Virus record (IMG/VR): IMGVR_UViG_3300033143_002750
Coordinates: 1 to 38,667 of that record
Source: a virus
Lineage: Duplodnaviria > Caudoviricetes
DNA: 38,667 nt
Reading direction: 5' to 3' (one strand)
Shown: in pieces, positions 38,299 to 38,667 of the stretch
Layout of the letters: every line of letters starts with the position of its first letter
Numbering within the stretch: position 1 is the first letter of the stretch
Notes under the pieces: generated by a model
Told to the model about the DNA's origin: nothing
Seen by the model: the letters and a program-made list of their open reading frames with translations, nothing else
Databases searched by the model: none
Translations under genes and position numbers: made by a program

Positions 38299-38642
38299 TA
38301 TTTCCAAAAAAGCTGTATACCTATTAGGCTACATGCAAGTGCTAATGATACTATTGTTTTAAGTGTTATACCTTCTCCTAAAAAATACCATGTCAAAAAT
38401 GTGAATGAAATTATACCTGAACCGAAGCCGATAAATCTACCTGGCCATAAAAGACCATCATAATATTCTACAATAAACTTTGTACCATAAATTAATATGT
38501 AACTAATTGCAGTACCAAAAATAATTGATACAGTAAGAGGATTCTTTTTAAACCAAGGCCATACAAATTGACCGTTAGTTTGAATCCAAATTGCAGTTTG
38601 CCCAGTAAAGAACAATAAAAATGCTAAAAGTAACTTATTCAT
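38298..38642 (-). CDS. Small multi-pass membrane protein, SMR/DMT-like
   Basis: 114 aa, about four hydrophobic segments, C-terminal [18 protein letters not shown] typical of DMT/SMR fold. Confidence 0.6.
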   Translation of the reverse strand: MNKLLLAFLLFFTGQTAIWIQTNGQFVWPWFKKNPLTVSIIFGTAISYILIYGTKFIVEYYDGLLWPGRFIGFGSGIISFTFLTWYFLGEGITLKTIVSLALACSLIGIQLFWK

Positions 38643-38667
38643 CTATGTGATATTTATAACCTTGTCT

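Noticed and set aside
38651-38658. Exact T4-type TATAAATA upstream of the membrane protein gene
   Set aside because: Only 8 nt from the ATG and probably within the 3' end of an upstream gene cut by the window edge; cannot be evaluated

Overview
AT-rich, gene-dense fragment of a large T4-like (jumbo-type) myovirus genome, with every credible gene on the minus strand and the standard genetic code (TAG, TGA and TAA all end ORFs). From the window end towards position 1 it encodes: a small membrane protein, DnaJ, a UVR-like protein, a 2OG-Fe(II) oxygenase, a 55-aa membrane peptide missed by the ORF track, tRNA-Gln(TTG) and tRNA-Pro(TGG), ATP-dependent DNA ligase, a HAD phosphatase, dCMP deaminase, a 2173-aa collagen-like fibre, several small hypothetical genes, and a baseplate/neck module (gp48-like, gp53/LysM, hub, gp5 spike, gp13, gp25, gp6, large wedge protein, further large structural proteins). 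A four-domain ribosomal protein S1 homologue and an amidoligase-family enzyme sit inside that structural module. A-rich, mostly Shine-Dalgarno-less leaders suggest a Bacteroidota-type host (inference). The most interesting signal is regulatory: a recurring late-promoter-like motif AATA(A/T)ATA lies 14-32 nt upstream of about 13 starts, often overlaps the upstream stop codon, and at several junctions sits inside an inverted repeat that would sequester the downstream translation start. The strongest such hairpin is directly behind the phage S1 gene. All protein assignments come from motif recognition by eye; no database searches or folding calculations were run.
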